This document shows, piece by piece, positions 51,024 to 54,795 of a DNA stretch of 54,795 nucleotides. A program made the translations under genes and the position numbers. The notes below the pieces were generated by a model that saw only the letters and a list, made by a program, of their open reading frames with translations, did no database searches and had not been told where the DNA came from. The stretch covers positions 9,048,717 through 9,103,511 of the forward strand of contig CM082591.2 of NCBI GenBank assembly GCA_040954595.2. Direction: 5' to 3'. This DNA is from Balanoglossus misakiensis. Its lineage: Eukaryota > Animalia > Hemichordata. Every line of letters starts with the position of its first letter. Positions within the stretch are counted from its first letter, which is position 1.

Positions 51024-52660
51024 AATGAAGATGATGATGATTGTGATGATGATGAAGATGAAAATGAAGATTATGATGATGATGATAATGATGAAGATGA
51101 TGATGATAAAAATGAAGATGAAAATGAAGATGATGATGAAGATGATGATGATTGTGATGATGATGATGAAGATAAAGATGATGAAGATGAAGATGAAGAT
51201 GATAATGATGATGATGATGGAGGTTTGTTTGTTTGTATGTTTGTTTGTAGGTATGTATGGAGGTAAGATGATGATAATGATAATGATTGTGATGATGATG
51301 ATGAAGATAAAGATGATGAAGATGAAGATGAAGATGATAATGATGATGATGATGGAGGTTTGTTTGTTTGTTTGTTTGTTTGTAGGTATGTAAGGAGGTA
51401 AGGTGATGATGATGATGAAGATGAAGATGGAGATGATGATTGTGATGATGATGAAGAAGATGATGATGATGATAAGGAGGATGATGATGATGATGAAGAT
51501 GATGATGATAATGATGATTGTGATGATGATGATTGTGATTGTGATGATGATGAAGATGAAGCAGAAAAAGATGATGATGATAATGATGAAGATGATGATG
51601 ATGATGATTGTGATGGTGATTGTGATGATGATGAAGATGAAGAAGATGAAGAAGATAAAGATGATGATGATGATTGTGATGATGATGATTGTGATGGTGA
51701 TGATTGTGATGGTGATTGTGAAGATGATGAAGATGAAGAAGATGAAGAAGATAAAGATGATGATGATGATGATGAAGATGATGATGATAATGGATGAAGG
51801 TTTGTTTGTTTGTTTGTTTGTTTGTAGGTAGGTATGGATGTAAGGTGATGAAGATGATGAAGATGATGATGAAGATGATGATGAAGATGATTGTGATGAT
51901 GATGAAAATGATGATGATGAAAATGAAGAAGATATAGATGATGATGATGATGATGATGATGATGAAGATGACGATGATGATTGTGATGATGATGATGGAA
52001 TAATGATGATGAAAATGATGATTGTGATGAAGATGATAATGATGATTGTGATGATGATGATGATGAAGATGATGATAATGATGATTGTGATGAAGATGAT
52101 GATGATGATGATAATGATGATTGTGATGATGATGATGATGATGAAGATGATGATGATGATGTTGATGAAGATGATGAAGATGATGATGATGATTATAATG
52201 ATGATTGTGATGATGATGATGATGAAGATGATGATGAAGATGAAGATGATGATGAAGATGATGATGAAGATGACGATAGTGATGATGATGATGATGATGA
52301 TGATGATAATAATGAAAATGATGATGATGATGATGATGATTGTGATGATGAAGATGAAGATGATGAAGATGATGATTAGGATGATGATGATGATGATTAA
52401 GATGATGAAGATGATGATGATGATAGATAGAGGTTTGTTTGTTTGTTGGTTGGTTTGTTTGTAGGTAAGTATGGAGGTAAGGTGATGATGATGATGATGA
52501 TGATGATGATAAAGATGAAGATGATGATGATTGTGATTGATGATGATGATGGAATGATAATTATGATGATGATGATGATTGATGATGGTGATGATGATGA
52601 TGATGATGATTAAGATGATGATGATGATGATTGTGATGATGATGATGATGATGATGATGC

Positions 52661-52691
<31 letters not shown>

Positions 52692-53155
52692 TGTGATGAT
52701 GAAGATGATGAAGATGAAGATTGTGATGGAATGATGATGATGTTGAAAATGATGAAAATGATGATGATGAAAATGATGATGATGATGATGATGATGGAAT
52801 GATGATGATGAAGATGAAGATGATGAAGATGAAGGTGATGATGATGATGATGGATGGAGGTTTGTTTGTTTGTAGGTATGTATGGAGGTAAGGTGATGAA
52901 GATGATAAAGATGATGATGATGATGATGATGAAGATTGTGATGGTGATTGTGAAGATGATGAAGATGAAGAAGATAAAGATGATGATGATGATGATGAAG
53001 ATGATGATGATGATGATGATAATAGATGAAGGTTTGTTTGTTTGTTTGTTTGTTTGTATGTAGGTATGGATGTAAGGTGATGAAGATGATGAAGATGATG
53101 ATGAAGATGATTGTGATGATGATGAAATGATAATGATGAAAATGAAGAAGATATA

Positions 53156-53188
<33 letters not shown>

Positions 53189-53363
53189 GATGACGATGAT
53201 GATTGTAAATGATGATGATGGAATGATGATGATTAAAATGATGAAGATGATGATGATGATGATGATGGAATTATGATGATGATGATGATGATGATTAAGA
53301 TGATTATGATGATGATGATAGTGATGAAGAAGATGATGATGATGATGATAATGATGATGAATT

Positions 53364-53399
<36 letters not shown>

Positions 53400-53569
53400 G
53401 TGATGATGATGAAGATGAAGATGAAGATGAAGAAGATAAAGATGATGATGATGATGAAGATGATGATGATGATGATGATAATGATGATTGTGATGATGAA
53501 AATGAAGATGATGATGATTGTGATGGTGATTGTGATGATGATGAAGATGAAGAAGATGAAGCGGAAAAA

Positions 53570-53611
<42 letters not shown>

Positions 53612-53906
53612 GATGATGATGATGATGGATGAAGGTTTGTTTGTTTGTTTGTAGGTATGGAGGTAAGGTGATGAAGATGATGAAGATGATGATGAAGATG
53701 ATTGTGATGATGATTGTGATGATGATGAAGATGAAAATGAAGAAGATATAGATGATGATGATGATGAAGATGATGATGATGGAATGATGATGAAAATGAT
53801 GAAGATGATGATGATGAAGATGATGATGATGATGATGGGATGATGATAATTGTGATGATGAAGATGATGATGAAGATGATGATGATGATGATGATAATGA
53901 TGATTG

Positions 53907-53944
<38 letters not shown>

Positions 53945-54795
53945 TAATGATGATGATGATGATGGTGAGGATGATGATGAAGATGATGATGATGAAGATG
54001 ATGATGATTGTGATGATGATGAAGATGAAGATGATGATGATAATGATGATTGTGATGATGATGATGATGATGAAGATGAAGATGATGATGATGATGATGA
54101 TGAAGATGATGATGAAGATGATGATGATGATGATGATTGTGATGATGATGAAGATGAAGATGATGATGATGATGATGATGATTGAGATGATAATAATGAA
54201 GATGATGATGATGATGATGATGATAGTGATGTTTGTATGTTTGTTTGTTTGTAGGTATGTATGGAGGTAAGGTGATGATGATAATGATGATGATGATGAT
54301 GATGATGATGAAAATGAAGATGATGATGATTGTGATGATGATGAAGATGAAAATGAAGATTATGATGATGATGATAATGATGAAGATGATGATGATAAAA
54401 ATGAAGATGAAAATGAAGATGATGATGAAGATGATGATGATTGTGATGATGATGAAGATAAAGATGATGAAGATGAAGATGAAGATGATAATGATGATGA
54501 TGAATGGAGGTTTGTTTGTTTGTATGTTTGTTTGTAGGTATGTATGATGATGATAATGATAATGATTGTGATGATGATGATGAAGATAAAGATGATGAAG
54601 ATGAAGATGAAGATGATAATGATGATGATGATGGAGGTTTGTTTGTTTGTTTGTTTGTTTGTAGGTATGTAAGGAGGTAAGGTGATGATGATGATGAAGA
54701 TGAAGATGGAGATGATGATTGTGATGATGATGAAGAAGATGATGATGATGATAAGGAGGATGATGATGATGATGAAGATGATGATGATAATGATG
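50820..54795 (+). repeat. Composite satellite: degenerate (GAT/GAA/AAT/TGT)n tracts punctuated by a conserved ~45 bp spacer, with higher-order structure
   Basis: Spacer GG(A/T)GGTTTGTTTGTTTGTAGGTATGTATGGAGGTAAGGT near 50940, 51220, 51355, 51800, 52430, 52860, 53030, 53635, 54230, 54510, 54635. The block at 50944 recurs at 54233. The + strand is almost devoid of C. Confidence 0.96.

Larger units (their letters stand above)
40019..54795 (-). repeat. Right arm of giant imperfect inverted duplication
   Basis: Reverse complement of the left arm, with scattered substitutions, indels and different insertions. Confidence 0.93.

Noticed and set aside
50944-54547. Poly-Met and poly-Asp ORFs (also 155-337) as acidic biomineralisation-type proteins
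   Set aside because: They are translations of the (GAT)n satellite. Frames shift and stop frequently, there is no signal peptide, and the array is mirrored on the other strand.
50820-54795. CRISPR-like repeat-spacer array
   Set aside because: The intervening tracts are low-complexity, related to each other and vary several-fold in length. The context is eukaryotic with no cas genes.
1-54795. Whole window as a Polinton/Maverick or other giant TIR element
   Set aside because: The arms consist of decayed LINEs and satellite, and the spacer has no pPolB, capsid or packaging ATPase genes. Its only integrase belongs to the gypsy element.

Overview
This is an AT-rich animal (probably marine invertebrate deuterostome, inferred) repeat region with no host protein-coding gene; essentially all of it is nested transposable elements. 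Its architecture is a giant imperfect inverted duplication. The left arm (~1-20143) and right arm (~40019-54795) flank a ~19.9 kb spacer, and both run outward into the same composite (GAT)n/GTTT satellite on opposite strands. The arms share a CR1/L2-group LINE (A) interrupted by a second antisense LINE (B). Each arm then carries private insertions, several confirmed by empty sites in paralogous copies. Left arm: an intact 6.36 kb PIF/Harbinger-superfamily transposon (AGT target duplication, transposase plus spliced Myb/SANT-like gene), a TTA-flanked MITE, a 665 bp element with a strand-specific ~180 nt hairpin, and a tandem duplication. Right arm: a one-ended Kolobok transposon (spliced transposase plus a cysteine-rich KolX/P2X7-tail-like gene). 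The spacer holds L1/Tx1 relics, a 2797 bp tandem duplication, a second intron-containing Harbinger, and a Gmr1-type (PR-IN-RT-RH) Ty3/gypsy element inserted in a foldback MITE. The most unusual signals are the satellite-bounded palindrome with incongruent (recombinant) arm variants and the hairpin built from tandem G.A and G.T pairs. All family assignments come from motif recognition by eye; no database search was run.
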